This document shows positions 44,501 to 58,858 of a DNA stretch of 64,000 nucleotides, piece by piece. Position 1 is the first letter of the stretch; every line of letters starts with the position of its first letter. This DNA is from the human T2T-CHM13v2.0 reference genome, Homo sapiens. The stretch lies in contig CP086569.2 in NCBI GenBank assembly GCA_009914755.4, positions 29,792,001 through 29,856,000 on the forward strand, written 5' to 3'. The notes below the pieces were generated by a model. The model had not been told where the DNA came from. It ran no database searches and saw only the letters and a program-made list of their open reading frames with translations. Position numbers and translations under genes: made by a program.

Positions 44501-44750
44501 ATGAAATGGAATGGAATGGAATGGAATGGAATGCCCTTGAATTAAATGGACTGGACTCGAACAGAGTGGAATGGAAAGTGTTGAGATAGAATGGAATGGA
44601 CTCCTTTGGAATGGTCTAGTATGCAATGCAATCGACTGGCAGGGAATCAAAAGGAATGTAATGGAATGGATTGGACTGGAATGCAATGGACTCGAATAGA
44701 TTGGAAACGGAATGCAAAGGAATGGAATGGAATAGTATGGAATGGAAAGA
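41599..44750 (+). repeat. HOR unit 13, 3'-truncated by an internal deletion that spans the unit 13/14 boundary
   Basis: Units 13 and 14 together measure 6626 bp instead of about 7110 bp. Sequence equivalent to unit-1 coordinates ~3205-3645 is absent. The junction is near 44745-44755 (gtatggaatggaaagaaatggaatggaaaggattcg). Confidence 0.7.
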
Positions 44751-44760
44751 AATGGAATGG
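44740..44760 (+). other. Approximate junction of the ~0.45-0.5 kb deletion at the unit 13/14 boundary
   Basis: ...aatagtatggaatggaa joins directly to agaaatggaatggaaaggattcgaatggaatgcaatcg. The intervening ~440-480 bp present in all other units is missing. The exact breakpoint is ambiguous within the repetitive ggaatgg context. Confidence 0.6.
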
Positions 44761-47700
44761 AAAGGATTCGAATGGAATGCAATCGAATGGAATGGAATCG
44801 AACGGAATGGAATAAAATGGAAGAAAACTGGCAAGAAATGGAATCGAAAGGAATGGAGTGTTATGGAAGGGACTCAAAAGGAATTGAAAGTAATAGAATG
44901 GAGTGGAGTGGACTCGAATATAATGGACTGGAATGGAATGAAATCACATGGAATGGGAACGAATGGAATGGAATGGAAAGGAATGGAATCGAATGGAAAG
45001 GAATCGAATGGAAGGGAATGCAATTGAATCAACAGGAATGGAAGGGAATAGAATAGACTGTAATGGAATGGACTCGAATAGAATGGACACGAATGCTCAA
45101 ATTAAATGGACTCGAATGGAATGGAAACGAAAGGAATGTCATCGAATGGAATTGAATCGATTGGAATGAAATCGCATAGAATGGAGTGGAATCAAATGGA
45201 ATTGAATCGAAAGGAAAGGAAGCGAATGGACTGAAATGAAATGGAATGGAATTGAATGGAAAGTAATGCAATGGAATAGAATGGAACGGAATTTCACGGA
45301 ATGGAATCAAACTGAATGGAATCAAATCAATGGAATCAAATCAAATGGAATGGAAAGGAATTGAATGGAGTAGATTGGATTGGATGGGATTGGAATGAAA
45401 TGTACTGGAAAGGACTCGAATTTCATGAAACGGAATGGAATGAATTGGAACGGAATGGACTCGAATGGAATGGAATGTCATGGAATGGCATCAAATGGAA
45501 TGGCATCAAATGGAATGGAATCGAATGCAATGGAATGCTATGGAATGGAATGGAATGCATTGGAATGGAATGTCCTCTAATGGAATGGATTCGAGTGGAA
45601 TGGAATCGAATATAATGGAGTCGAGTGAAATGGAATTGAAAGGAATGGGATCGAATACAATGGAATATACTGGAATGTAATGTAATGAACTCGAATGTAA
45701 TTGACTGGAATGGAATGTACATGAATGGAATGTAATCGAATGGAAAGTAATCCAATGGAATAGAATCTAATGCAATAAAATCGACTCAGATAGAGTAGAA
45801 TGTAATGGAATGGAGTGCAGTGCAATGGAATGGAATGGAATGGAATGCAATGGAATGGAATGGGATGGAATGGAATGGAATGGAATGGGATGGAATGGTA
45901 TGGAATGGATAGTAATGGACTGGAGTGAAATGGACTGGAAAGGAATGGACTCAAATTGAAAGGGCTCGAAAGGAATGGAGTCAAATGGAATGGTCTGGAA
46001 TGGAATGAACACGAATGTAATGCAACCCAATGGAATGGAATCGAATGGCATGGAATATAAAGAAATGGAATCGAAGAGAATGGAAACAAATGTAATGGAA
46101 TTGAATGGAATGGAATTGAATGGAATGGGAACGAATGGAGTGAAATTGTATGCAGTAGAAGGGAATAGAATGGAATGCAAGCGAAAGGAAAGGAATGGAT
46201 TGGAATGGAATGGAATTCATTGGAATGGAAGGGAATGTAGTGTAATGGACAGGCCTGGAATAAAGTGGAATGCTACGGTCTCGAATGGAATAAAAATGTA
46301 TGGAATGGAATGCAATGAAACGGAATCGAATGTCATAGAATGTAATGGAATGCAAAAAAATGGAATCCAAAATCATTGACTGGAAAGGCTGGGTGTCGAA
46401 AGGAATTGACTCCAATGGAATGGAATCGAATGGAATGGAAGTGAATAGAATCGAACTAAATCGAATGGAATGGAATTGATAGGAACGGAATGGAAAGGAA
46501 TGCAATGATTTGGCATGGAATGGAATCGAATGGCATCGAATGGAATGGAATGGAATGCAATGGAATGGAATGTATTAGAATGTAATGAACTTTAATGGAA
46601 TGTACTCGAATGGATTCGACTGGAATGGAATGTTCTGGAAGTGAATGGACTCCAATGGAATGGATTCAAAAGGAATGGAATCGTACGGAATGGAATTAAA
46701 TGGAAATGAATCAAATTGAATAGCACGGAATTGAATTGAATGGAATGGAATGCAATGGAATCTAATGAAACGGAAAGGAAAGGAATGGAATGGAATGGAA
46801 TGGGCTGGAATGGAAAGGAATCGAAACGAATGGAATGGAATCGAACTGAAGAGACTGGAATGGAATGCACTGGAATGGAAGGGAGTGTAATGGAAGGTTC
46901 TCGAAAAAAATGGAATCGAATGGAATGGAATTGAATGGAACGGAATAGAGTCGAATGGAATTGAATGGAATGGAATGGACTAGAGTGAAATGGAATCGAA
47001 CCACAAGGAATGGACAGGAATAGAATGGTCTCGAATTGAATGGAATCGTATGGAATGGCATCAAACGGAATGGAATGGACAGCCACGGAATGGAATGCAC
47101 TCGAATGCAATGGAGTCGAAACTAATGGACTGGAATAGAATGGACTCGACTGGTACGGACTCCAATGGAATGGAATCGAATGGAAGGGAATCGAACGGAA
47201 TGGACTCGAAGGGAAAAGACTGCAATGGAAAGGTCTCGAATGGAATGGAAATTAATGGAATGGAATGGAATCGAATGAAATGGAGTCAAAAGGAATGGAA
47301 TCGAATGGCAAGAAATCGAATGTAATGGAATCGCAAGGAATTGATGTGAACGGAACGGAATGGAATGGAATCCAAAGGAATGGAATAGAATGGAATGGAA
47401 TCGAATGGAAAGGACTCGAATGGAAATCACTCGAATAGAATGCAATTTAATAAAATAGGATCAAATGTAATGGAATGGAATGGAAAGGAATCGAAACGAA
47501 AGGAATGGAGACAGATGGAATGGAATGGAACAGAGAGCAATGGTATAGAATGGAATGGAATCATCTGGAATGGAATTGAATGGAATGGAATAATATGAAA
47601 TGGAATGGAATGGAATGGAATGGAATGACCTTGAATTAAATGGACTGGAATGGAATGGACTCGAACAGAGTGGAATGGAAAGTGTTGAGATAGAATGGAA

Positions 47701-48224
47701 TGGACTCCTATGGAATGGTCTAGTATGCAATGCAGTCGACTGGCAGGGAATCAAAAGGAATGTAATGGAATGGATTGGACTGGAATGCAATGGACTCGAA
47801 TAGATTGGAAACGGAATGCAAAGGAATGGAGTGGAATAGTATGGAATGGAATGGAAAGGAATGGAGTGGAATAGACTAGAGTGGAATGGAATGGACTGGA
47901 AAGCAATGGACTGGAATGGAACTTTCTTGAATGGACTGGAATCAAACGGAATGGAATGCAATGCAATCAAATGGCATGGAATAAAATAGAATGAAAGAGA
48001 ATCAAATGGAATTGAATCGAATGGAATCGAATGGATTGGAAAGGAATAGAATGGAATGGAATGGAATTGACTCAAATGGAATGGACTAGAATGGAATGGA
48101 TTCGAATGGAAGGCAAAGGAATGGAATCTTGGAATGGACTGTAATGGAATGGAATGGAAGGGATTGGAATGGACTCGAATGGAATGGACTGCAATAGAAA
48201 GGATTCGAATGGAATGAAAAAGAA
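44751..48224 (+). repeat. HOR unit 14, lacking the first ~70 bp because of the same deletion
   Basis: Canonical sequence resumes at ...atggaatggaaaggattcgaatggaatgcaatcg (44755 onward). Next landmark at 48225. Confidence 0.7.
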
Positions 48225-51200
48225 TTGAATGGAATAGAACAGAATGGAATCAAACCGAATGAAATGGAATGGAATAGAAAGGAATGGAATGAAATGGAAT
48301 GGAAAGGATTCGAATGGAATGCAATCGAATGGAATGGAATCGAACGGAATGGAATAAAATGGAAGAACACTGGCAAGAAATGGAATCGAAATGAATGGAG
48401 TGTTATGGAACGGACTCAAAAGGAATTGAATGTAATAGAATGGAGTGGAGTGGACTCGAATATAATGGACTGGAACGGAATGAAATCTCATGGAATGGGA
48501 ACGAATGGAATGGAATGGAAAGGAATGGAATCGAATGGAAAGGAATCGAATGGAAGGGAATTAAATTGAATCAACAGGAATGGAAGGGAATAGAATAGAC
48601 GATAATGGAATGGACTCGAATAGAATGGACACGAATGCTCAAATTGAATGGACTCGAATGGAATGGAAACGAAAGGAATGTCATCGAATGTAATAGAAAC
48701 GTTTGGAATGAAATCGCATAGAATGGAGTGGAATCAAATGGAATTGAATCGAAAGGAAAGGAAGCGAATGGACTGAAATGAAATGGAATGGAATTGAATG
48801 GAAAGTAATGCAATGGAATAGAATGGAACGAAATTTCACGGAATGGAATCAAACTGAATGGAATCAAATCAATGGAATCAAATGAAATGGAATGGAAAGG
48901 AATTGAATGGAGTAGATTGGATTGGATGGGATTGGAATGAAATGTACTGGAAAGGACTCGAATTTCATGAAACGGAATGGAATGAATTGGAACGGAATGG
49001 ACTCGAATGGAATGGAATGTCATGGAATGGCATCAAATGGAATGGCATCAAATGGAATGGAATCGAATGCAATGGAATGCTATGGAATGGAATGGAATGC
49101 ATTGGAATGGAATGTCCTCTAATGGAATGGATTCGAGTGGAATGGAATCGAATATAATGGAGTCGAATGAAATGGAATTGAAAGGAGTGGGATCGAATAC
49201 AATGGAATATACTGGAATGTAATGTAATGAACTCGAATGTAATTGACTGGAATGGAATGTACATGAATGGAATGTAATCGAATGGAAAGTAATCCAATGG
49301 AATAGAATCTAATGCAATAAAACCGACTCAGATAGAGTAGAATGTAATGGAATGGAGTGCAGTGCAATGGAATGGAATGGAATGGAATGCAATGGAATGG
49401 AATGGAATGGAATGCAATGGAATGGAATGGAATGGAATGGGATGGGATGGAATGGTATGGAATGGATAGTAAAGGACTGGAGTGAAATGGACTGGAAAGG
49501 AATGGACTCAAATTGAAAGGGCTCGAAAGGAATGGAGTCAAATGGAATGGTCTGGAATGGAATGAACACGAATGTAATGCAATCCAATAGAATGGAATCG
49601 AATGGCATGGAATATAAAGAAATGGAATTGAAGAGAATGGAAACAAATGGAATGGAATTGAATGGAATGGAATTGAATGTAATGGGAACGAATGGAGTGA
49701 AATTGTATGCAGTAGAAGGGAATAGAATGGAATGCAAGTGAAAGGAAAGGAATGGATTGGAATGGAATGGAATTCATTGGAATGGAAGGGAATGTAGTGT
49801 AATGGACAGGCCTGGAATAAAGTGGAATGCTACGGTCTCGAATGGAATAAAAATGTATGGAATGGAATGCAATGAAACGGAATCGAATGTCATAGAATGT
49901 AATGGAATGCAAAAAAATGGAATCCAAAATCATTGACTGGAAAGGCTGGGTGTCGAAAGGAATTGACTCCAATGGAATGGAATCGAATGGAATGGAAGTG
50001 AATAGAATCGAACTAAATCGAATGGAATGGAATTGATAGGAACGGAATGGAAAGGAATGCAATGATTTGGCATGGAATGGAATCGAATGGCATCGAATGG
50101 AATGGAATGGAATGCAATGGAATGGAATGTATTAGAATGTAATGAACTTTAATGGAATGTACTCGAATGGATTCGACTGGAATGGAATGTTCTTGAAGTG
50201 AATGGACTTCAATGGAATGGATTCAAAAGGAATGGAATCGTACGGAATGGAATCTAATGGAATGGAATTAAATGGAAATGAATCAAATTGAATAGCACGG
50301 AATTGAATTGAATGGAATGGAATGCAATGGAAACTAATGAAACGGAAAGGAAAGGAATGGAATGGAATGGAATGGGCTGGAATGGAAAGGAATCGAAACG
50401 AATGGAATGGAATCGAACTGAAGAGACTGGAATGGAATGCACTGGAATGGAAGGGAGTGTAATGGAAGGTTCTCGAAAAAAATGGAATCGAATGGAATGG
50501 AATTGAATGGAACGGAATAGAGTCGAATGGAATTGAATGGAATGGAATGGACTAGAGTGAAATGGAATCGAACCACAAGGAATGGACAGGAATAGAATGG
50601 TCTCGAATTGAATGGAATCGTATGGAATGGCATCAAACGGAATGGAATGGACAGCCACGGAATGGAATGCACTCGAATGTAATGGAGTCGAAACTAATGG
50701 ACTGGAATAGAATGGACTCGACTGGTACGGACTCCAATGGAATGTAATCGAATGGAAGGGAATCGAACGGAATGGACTCGAAGGGAAAAGACTGCAATGG
50801 AAAGGTCTCGAATGGAATGGAAATTAATGGAATGGAATGGAATCGAATGAAATGGAGTCAAAAGGAATGGAATCGAATGGCAAGAAATCGAATGTAATGG
50901 AATCGCAAGGAATTGATGTGAACGGAACGGAATGGAATGGAATCCAAAGGAATGGAATAGAATGGAATGGAATCGAATGGAAAGGACTCGAATGGAAATA
51001 ACTCGAATAGAATGCAATTTAATAAAATAGGATCAAATGTAATGGAATGGAATGGAAAGGAATCGAAACGAAAGGAATGGAGACAGATGGAATGGAATGG
51101 AACAGAGAGCAATGGTATAGAATGGAATGGAATCATCTGGAATGGAATTGAATGGAATGGAATAATATGAAATGGAATGGAATGGAATGGAATGGAATGC

Positions 51201-51798
51201 CCTTGAATTAAATGGACTGGAATGGAATGGACTCGAACAGAGTGGAATGGAAAGTGTTGAGATAGAATGGAATGGACTCCTTTGGAATGGTGTAGTATGC
51301 AATGCAATCGACTGGCAGGGAATCAAAAGGAATGTAATCGAATGGATTGGACTGGAATGCAATGGACTCGAATAGATTGGAAACGGAATGCAAAGGAATG
51401 GAATGGAATAGTATGGAATGGAATGGAAAGGAATGGAGTGGAATAGACTAGAGTGGAATGGAATGGACTGGAAAGCAATGGACTGGAATGGAACTTTCTT
51501 GAATGGACTGGAATCAAACGGAATGGAATGCAATGCAATCAAACGGCATGGAATAAAATAGAATGAAAGAGAATCAAATGGAATTGAATCGAATGGAATC
51601 GAATGGATTGGAAAGGAATAGAATGGAATGGAATGGAATTGACTCAAATGGAATGGACTAGAATGGAATGGATTCGAATGGAAGGCAAAGGAATGGAATC
51701 TTTTGGAATGGACTGTAATGGAATGGAATGGAAGGGATTGGAATGGACTCGAATGGAATGGACTGCAATAGATAGGATTCGAATGGAATGAAAAAGAA
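48225..51798 (+). repeat. HOR unit 15 (3574 bp)
   Basis: Landmarks at 48225 and 51799. Confidence 0.85.
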
Positions 51799-54700
51799 TT
51801 GAATGGAATAGAACAGAATGGAATCAAATCGAATGAAAAGGAATGGAATAGAAAGGAATTGAATGAAATGGAATGGAAAGGATTCGAATGGAATGCAATC
51901 GAATGGAATGGAATCGAACGGAATGGAATAAAATGGAAGAAAACTGGCAAGAAATGGAATCGAAATGAATGGAGTGTTATGGAACGGACTCAAAAGGAAT
52001 TGAATGTAATAGAATGGAGTGGAGTGGACTCGAATATAATGGACTGGAATGGAATGAAATCACATGGAATGGGAACGAATGGAATGGAATGGAAAGGAAT
52101 GGAATCGAATGGAAAGGAATCGAATGGAAGGGAATGAAATTGAATCAACAGGAATGGAAGGGAATAGAATAGACGGTAATGGAATGGACTCGAATAGAAT
52201 GGACACGAATGCTCAAATTGAATGGACTCGAATGGAATGGAAACGAAAAGAATGTCATCGAATGGAATTGAATCGATTGGAATGAAATCGCATAGAATGG
52301 AGTGGAATCAAATGGAATTGAATCGAAAGGAAAGGAAGCGAATGGACTGAAATGAAATGGAATGGAATTGAATGGAAAGTAATGCAATGGAATAGAATGG
52401 AACGAAATTTCACGGAATGGAATCAAACTGAATGGAATCAAATCAATGGAATCAAATCAAATGGAATGGAAAGGAATTGAATGGAGTAGATTGGATTGGA
52501 TGGGATTGGAATGAAATGTACTGGAAAGGACTCGAATTTCATGAAAAGGAATGGAATGAATTGGAACGAAATGGACTCGAATGGAATGGAATGTCATGGA
52601 ATGGCATCAAATGGAATGGCATCAAATGGAATGGAATCGAATGCAATGGAATGCTATGGAATGGAATGGAATGCATTGGAATGGAATGTCCTCTAATGGA
52701 ATGGATTCGAGTGGAATGGAATCGAATATAATGGAGTCGAATGAAATGGAATTGAAAGGAATGGGATCGAATAGAATGGAATATACTGGAATGTAATGTA
52801 ATGAACTCGAATGTAATTGACTGGAATGGAATGTACATGAATGGAATGTAATCGAATGGAAAGTAATCCAATGGAATAGAATCTAATGCAATAAAATCGA
52901 CTCAGATAGAGTAGAATGTAATGGAATGGAGTGCAGTGCAATGGAATGGAATGGAATGGAATGCAATGGAATGGAATGGAATGGAATGGAATGGGATGGA
53001 ATGGTATGGAATGGACAGTAATGGACTGGAGTGAAATGGACTGGAAAGGAATGGACTCAAATTGAAAGGGCTCGAAAGGAATGGAGTCAAATGGAATGGT
53101 CTGGAATGGAATGAACACGAATGTAATGCAATCCAATAGAATGGAATCGAATGGCATGGAATATAAAGAAATGGAATCGAAGAGAATGGAAACAAATGGT
53201 ATGGAATTGAATGGAATGGGAACGAATGGAGTGAAATTGTATTCAGTAGAAGAGAATAAAATGGAATGCAAGTGAAAGGAAAGGAATGGATTGGAATGGA
53301 ATGGAATTCATTGGAATGGAAGGGAATGTAGTGTAATGGACAGGCCTGGAATAAAGTGGAATGCTACGGTCTCGAATGGAATAAAAATGTATGGAATGGA
53401 ATGCAATGAAACGGAATCGAATGTCATAGAATGTAATGGAATGCAAAAAAATGGAATCCAAAATCATTGACTGGAAAGGCTGGGTGTCGAAAGGAATTGA
53501 CTCCAATGGAATGGAATCGAATGGAATGGAAGTGAATAGAATCGAACTAAATCGAATGGAATGGAATTGATAGGAACGGAATGGAAAGGAATGCAATGAT
53601 TTGGCATGGAATGCAATCGAATGGCATCGAATGGAATGGAATGGAATGCAATGGAATGGAATGTATTAGAATGTAATGAACTTTAATGGAATGTACTCGA
53701 ATGGATTCGACTGGAATGGAATGTTCTGGAAGTGAATGGACTCCAATGGAATGGATTCAAAAGGAATGGAATCGTACGGAATGGAATCTAATGGAATGGA
53801 ATTAAATGGAAATGAATCAAATTGAATAGCACGGAATTGAATTGAATGGAATGGAATGCAATGGAATCTAATGAAACGGAAAGGAATGGAATGGAATGGA
53901 ATGGAATGGGCTGGAATGGAAAGGAATCGAAATGAATGGAATGGAATCGAAGTGAAGAGACTGGAATGGAATGCACTGGAATGGAAGGGAGTGTAATGGA
54001 AGGTTCTCGAAAAAAATGGAATTGAATGGAATGGAATTGAATGGAACGGAATAGAGTCGAATGGAATTGAATGGAATGGAATGGACTAGAGTGAAATGGA
54101 ATCGAACCACAAGGAATGGACAGGAATAGAATGGTCTCGAATTGAATGGAATCGTATGGAATGGCATCAAACGGAATGGAATGGACAGCCACGGAATGGA
54201 ATGCACTCGAATGCAATGGAGTCGAAACTAATGGACTGGAATAGAATGGACTCGACTGGTACGGACTGCAATGGAATGGAATCGAATGGAAGGGAATCGA
54301 ACGGAATGGACTCGAAGGGAAAAGACTGCAATGGAAAGGTCTCGAATGGAATGGAAATTAATGGAATGGAATGGAATCGAATGAAATGGAGTCAAAAGGA
54401 ATGGAATCGAATGGCAAGAAATCGAATGTAATGGAATCGCAAGGAATTGATGTGAACGGAACGGAATGGAATGGAATCCAAAGGAATGGAATAGAATGGA
54501 ATGGAATCGAATGGAAAGGACTCGAATGGAAATCACTCGAATAGAATGCAATTTAATAAAATAGGATCAAATGTAATGGAATGGAATGGAAAGGAATCGA
54601 AACGAAAGGAATGGAGACAGATGGAATGGAATGGAACAGAGAGCAATGGTATAGAATGGAATGGAATCATCTGGAAAGAATTGAATGGAATGGAATAATA

Positions 54701-55321
54701 TGAAATGGAATGGAATGGAATGGAATGGAATGCCCTTGAATTAAATGGACTGGACTCGAACAGAGTGGAATGGAAAGTGTTGAGATAGAATGGAATGGAC
54801 TCCTTTGGAATGGTCTAGTATGCAATGCAATCGACTGGCAGGGAATCAAAAGGAATGTAATGGAATGGATTGGACAGGAATGCAATGGACTCGAATAGAT
54901 TGGAAACGGAATGCAAAGGAATAGAATGGAATAGTATGGAATGGAATGGAAAGGAATGGAGTGGAATAGACTAGAGTGGAATGGAATGGACTGGAAAGCA
55001 ATGGACTGGAATGGAACTTTCTTGAATGGACTGGAATCAAACGGAATGGAATGCAATGCAATCAAACGGCATGGAATAAAATAGAATGAAAGAGAATCAA
55101 ATGGAATTGAATCGAATGGAATCGAATGGATTGGAAAGGAATAGAATGGAATGGAATGGAATTGACTCAAATGGAATGGACTAGAATGGAATGGATTCGA
55201 ATGGAAGGCAAAGGAATGGAATCTATTGGAATGGACTGTAATGGAATGGAATGGAAGGGATTGGAATGGACTCGAATGGAATGGAGTGCAATAGAAAGGA
55301 CTCGAATGGAATGAAAAAGAA
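51799..55321 (+). repeat. HOR unit 16 (3523 bp)
   Basis: Landmarks at 51799 and 55322. Shorter owing to several small indels, including the 10-bp ggaatggaat deletion at ~54750. Confidence 0.8.
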
Positions 55322-58300
55322 TTGAATGGAATAGAACAGAATGGAATCAAATCGAATGAAATGGAATGGAATAGAAAGGAATGGAATGAAATGGAATGGA
55401 AAGGATTCGAATGGAATGCAATCGAATGGAATGGAATCGAACGGAATGGAATAAAATGGAAGAAAACTGGCAAGAAATGGAATCGAAAGGAATGGAGTGT
55501 TCTGGAACGGACTCAAAAGGAATTGAATGTAATAGAATGGAGTGGAGTGGACTCGAATATAATGGACTGGAATGGAATGAAATCACATGGAATGGGAACG
55601 AATGGAATGGAATGGAAAGGAATGGAATCGAATGGAAAGGAATCGAATGGAAGGGAATGCAATTGAATCAACAGGAATGGAAGGGAATAGAATAGACGGT
55701 AATGGAATGGACTCGAATAGAATGGACACGAATGCTCAAATTGAATGGACTCGAATGGAATGGAAACGAAAGGAATGTCATCGAATGGAATTGAATCGAT
55801 TGGAATGAAATGGCATAGAATGGAGTGGAATCAAATGGAATTGAATCGAAAGGAAAGGAAGCGAATGGACTGAAATGAAATGGAATGGAATTGAATGGAA
55901 AGTAATGCAATGGAATAGAATGGAACGAAATTTCACGGAATGGAATCAAACTGAATGGAATCAAATCAATGGAATCAAATCAAATGGAATGGAAAGGAAT
56001 TGAATGGAGTAGATTGGATTGGATGGGATTGGAATGAAATGTACTGGAAAGGACTCGAATTTCATGAAACGGAATGGAATGAATTGGAACGGAATGGACT
56101 CGAATGGAATGGAATGTCATGGAATGGCATCAAATGGAATGGCATCAAATGGAATGGAATCGAATGCAATGGAATGCTATGGAATGGAATGGAATGCATT
56201 GGAATGGAATGTCCTCTAATGGAATGGATTCGAGTGGAATGGAATCGAATATAATGGAGTCGAATGAAATGGAATTGAAAGGAATGGGATCGAATACAAT
56301 GGAATATACTGGAATGTAATGTAATGAACTCGAATGTAATTGACTGGAATGGAATGTACATGAATGGAATGTAATCGAATGGAAAGTAATCCAATGGAAT
56401 AGAATCTAATGCAATAAAATCGACTCAGATAGAGTAGAATGTAATGGAATGGAGTGCAGTGCAATGCAATGGAATGGAATGGAATGCAATGGAATGGAAT
56501 GGAATGGAATGGAATGGAATGGAATGGAATGGGATGGAATGGTATGGAATGGATAGTAATGGACTGGAGTGAAATGGACTGGAAAGGAATGGACTCAAAT
56601 TGAAAGGGCTCGAAAGGAATGGAGTCAAATGGAATGGTCTGGAATGGAATGAACACGAATGTAATGCAATCCAATAGAATGGAATCGAATGGCATGGAAT
56701 ATAAAGAAATGGAATCGAAGAGAATGGAAACAAATGGAATGGAATTGAATGGAATGGGAACGAATGGAGTGAAATTGTATGCAGTAGAAGAGAATAGAAT
56801 GGAATGCAAGCGAAAGGAAAGGAATGGATTGGAATGGAATGGAATTCATTGGAATGGAAGGGAATGTAGTGTAATGGACAGGCCTGGAATAAAGTGGAAT
56901 GCTACGGTCTCGAATGGAATAAAAATGTATGGAATGGAATGCAATGAAACGGAATCGAATGTCATAGAATGTAATGGAATGCAAAAAAATGGAATCCAAA
57001 ATCATTGACTGGAAAGGCTGGGTGTCGAAAGGAATTGACTCCAATGGAATGGAATCGAATGGAATGGAAGTGAATAGAATCGAACTAAATCGAATGGAAT
57101 GGAATTGATAGGAACGGAATGGAAAGGAATGCAATGATTTGGCATGGAATGGAATCGAATGGCATCGAATGGAATGGAATGGAATGCAATGGAATGGAAT
57201 GTATTAGAATGTAATGAACTTTAATGGAATGTACTCGAATGGATTCGACTGGAATGGAATGTTCTGGAAGTGAATGGACTCCAATGGAATGGATTCGAAA
57301 GGAATGGAATCGAACGGAATGGAATCTAATGGAATGGAATTAAATGGAAATGAATCAAATTGAATAGCACGGAATTGAATTGAATGGAATCGAATGCAAT
57401 GGAATCTAATGAAACGGAAAGGAAAGAATGGAATGGAATAGAATGGGCTGGAATGGAAAGGAATCGAAACGAATGGAATGCAATCGAACTGAGGAGACTG
57501 GAATGGAATGCACTGGAATGGAAGGGAGTGTAATGGAAGGTTCTCGAAAAAAATGGAATCGAATGGAATGGAATTGAATGGAACGGAATAGAGTCGAATG
57601 GAATTGAATGGAATGGAATGGACTAGAGTGAAATGGAATCGAACCACAAGGAAAGGACAGGAATAGAATGGTCTCGAATTGAATGGAATCGTATGGAATG
57701 GCATCAAACGGAATGGAATGGACAGCCACGGAATGGAATGCACTCGAATGCAATGGAGTCGAAACTAATGGACTGGAATAGAATGGACTCGACTGGTACG
57801 GACTCCAATGGAATGGAATCGAATGGAAGGGAATCGAACGGAATGGACTCGAAGGGAAAAGACTGCAATGGAAAGGTCTCGAATGGAATGGAAATTAATG
57901 GAATGGAATGGAATCGAATGAAATGGAGTCAAAAGGAATGGAATCGAATGGCAAGAAATCGAATGTAATGGAATCGCAAGGAATTGATGTGAACGGAACG
58001 GAATGGAATGGAATCCAAAGGAATGGAATAGAATGGAATGGAATCGAATGGAAACGACTCGAATGGAAATCACTCGAATAGAATGCAATTTAATAAAATA
58101 GGATCAAATGTAATAGAATAGAATGGAAAGGAATCGAAACGGAAGGAATGGAGACAGATGGAATGGAATGGAACAGAGAGCAATGGTATAGAATGGAATG
58201 GAATCATCTGTAATGGAATTGAATGGAATGGAATAATATGAAATGGAATGGAATGGAATGGAATGGAATGCCCTTGAATTAAATGGACTGGACTCGAACA

Positions 58301-58858
58301 GAGTGGAATGGAAAGGGTTGAGATAGAATGGAATGGACTCCTTTGGAATGGTGTAGTATGCAATGCAATCGACTGGCAGGGAATCAAAAGGAATGTAATC
58401 GAATGGATTGGACTGGAATGCAATGGACTCGAATAGATTGGAAACGGAATGCAAAGGAATGGAATGGAATAGTATGGAATGCAATGGAAGGGAATGGAGT
58501 GGAATAGACTAGAGCGGAATGGAATGGACTGGAAAGCAATGGACTGGAATGGAACATTCTTGGATGGATTGGAATCAAACGGAATGGAATGCAATGCAAT
58601 CAAATGGCATGGAATAAAATAGAATGAAAGAGAATCAAATGGAATTGAATCGAATGGAATCGAATGGATTGGAAAGGAATAGAATGGAATGGAATGGAAT
58701 TGACTCAAATGGAATGGACTACAATGGAATGGATTCGAATGGAAGGCAAAGGAATGGAATCTATTGGAATGGACTGTAATGGAATGGAATGGAAGGGATT
58801 GGAATGGACTCGAATGGAATGGACTGCAATAGAAAGGATTCGAATGGAATGAAAAAGA
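55322..58858 (+). repeat. HOR unit 17 (3537 bp)
   Basis: Landmark at 55322. The next landmark is mutated (gaatagaatggaatagaagag instead of gaattgaatggaatagaacag) at 58859. Confidence 0.8.
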
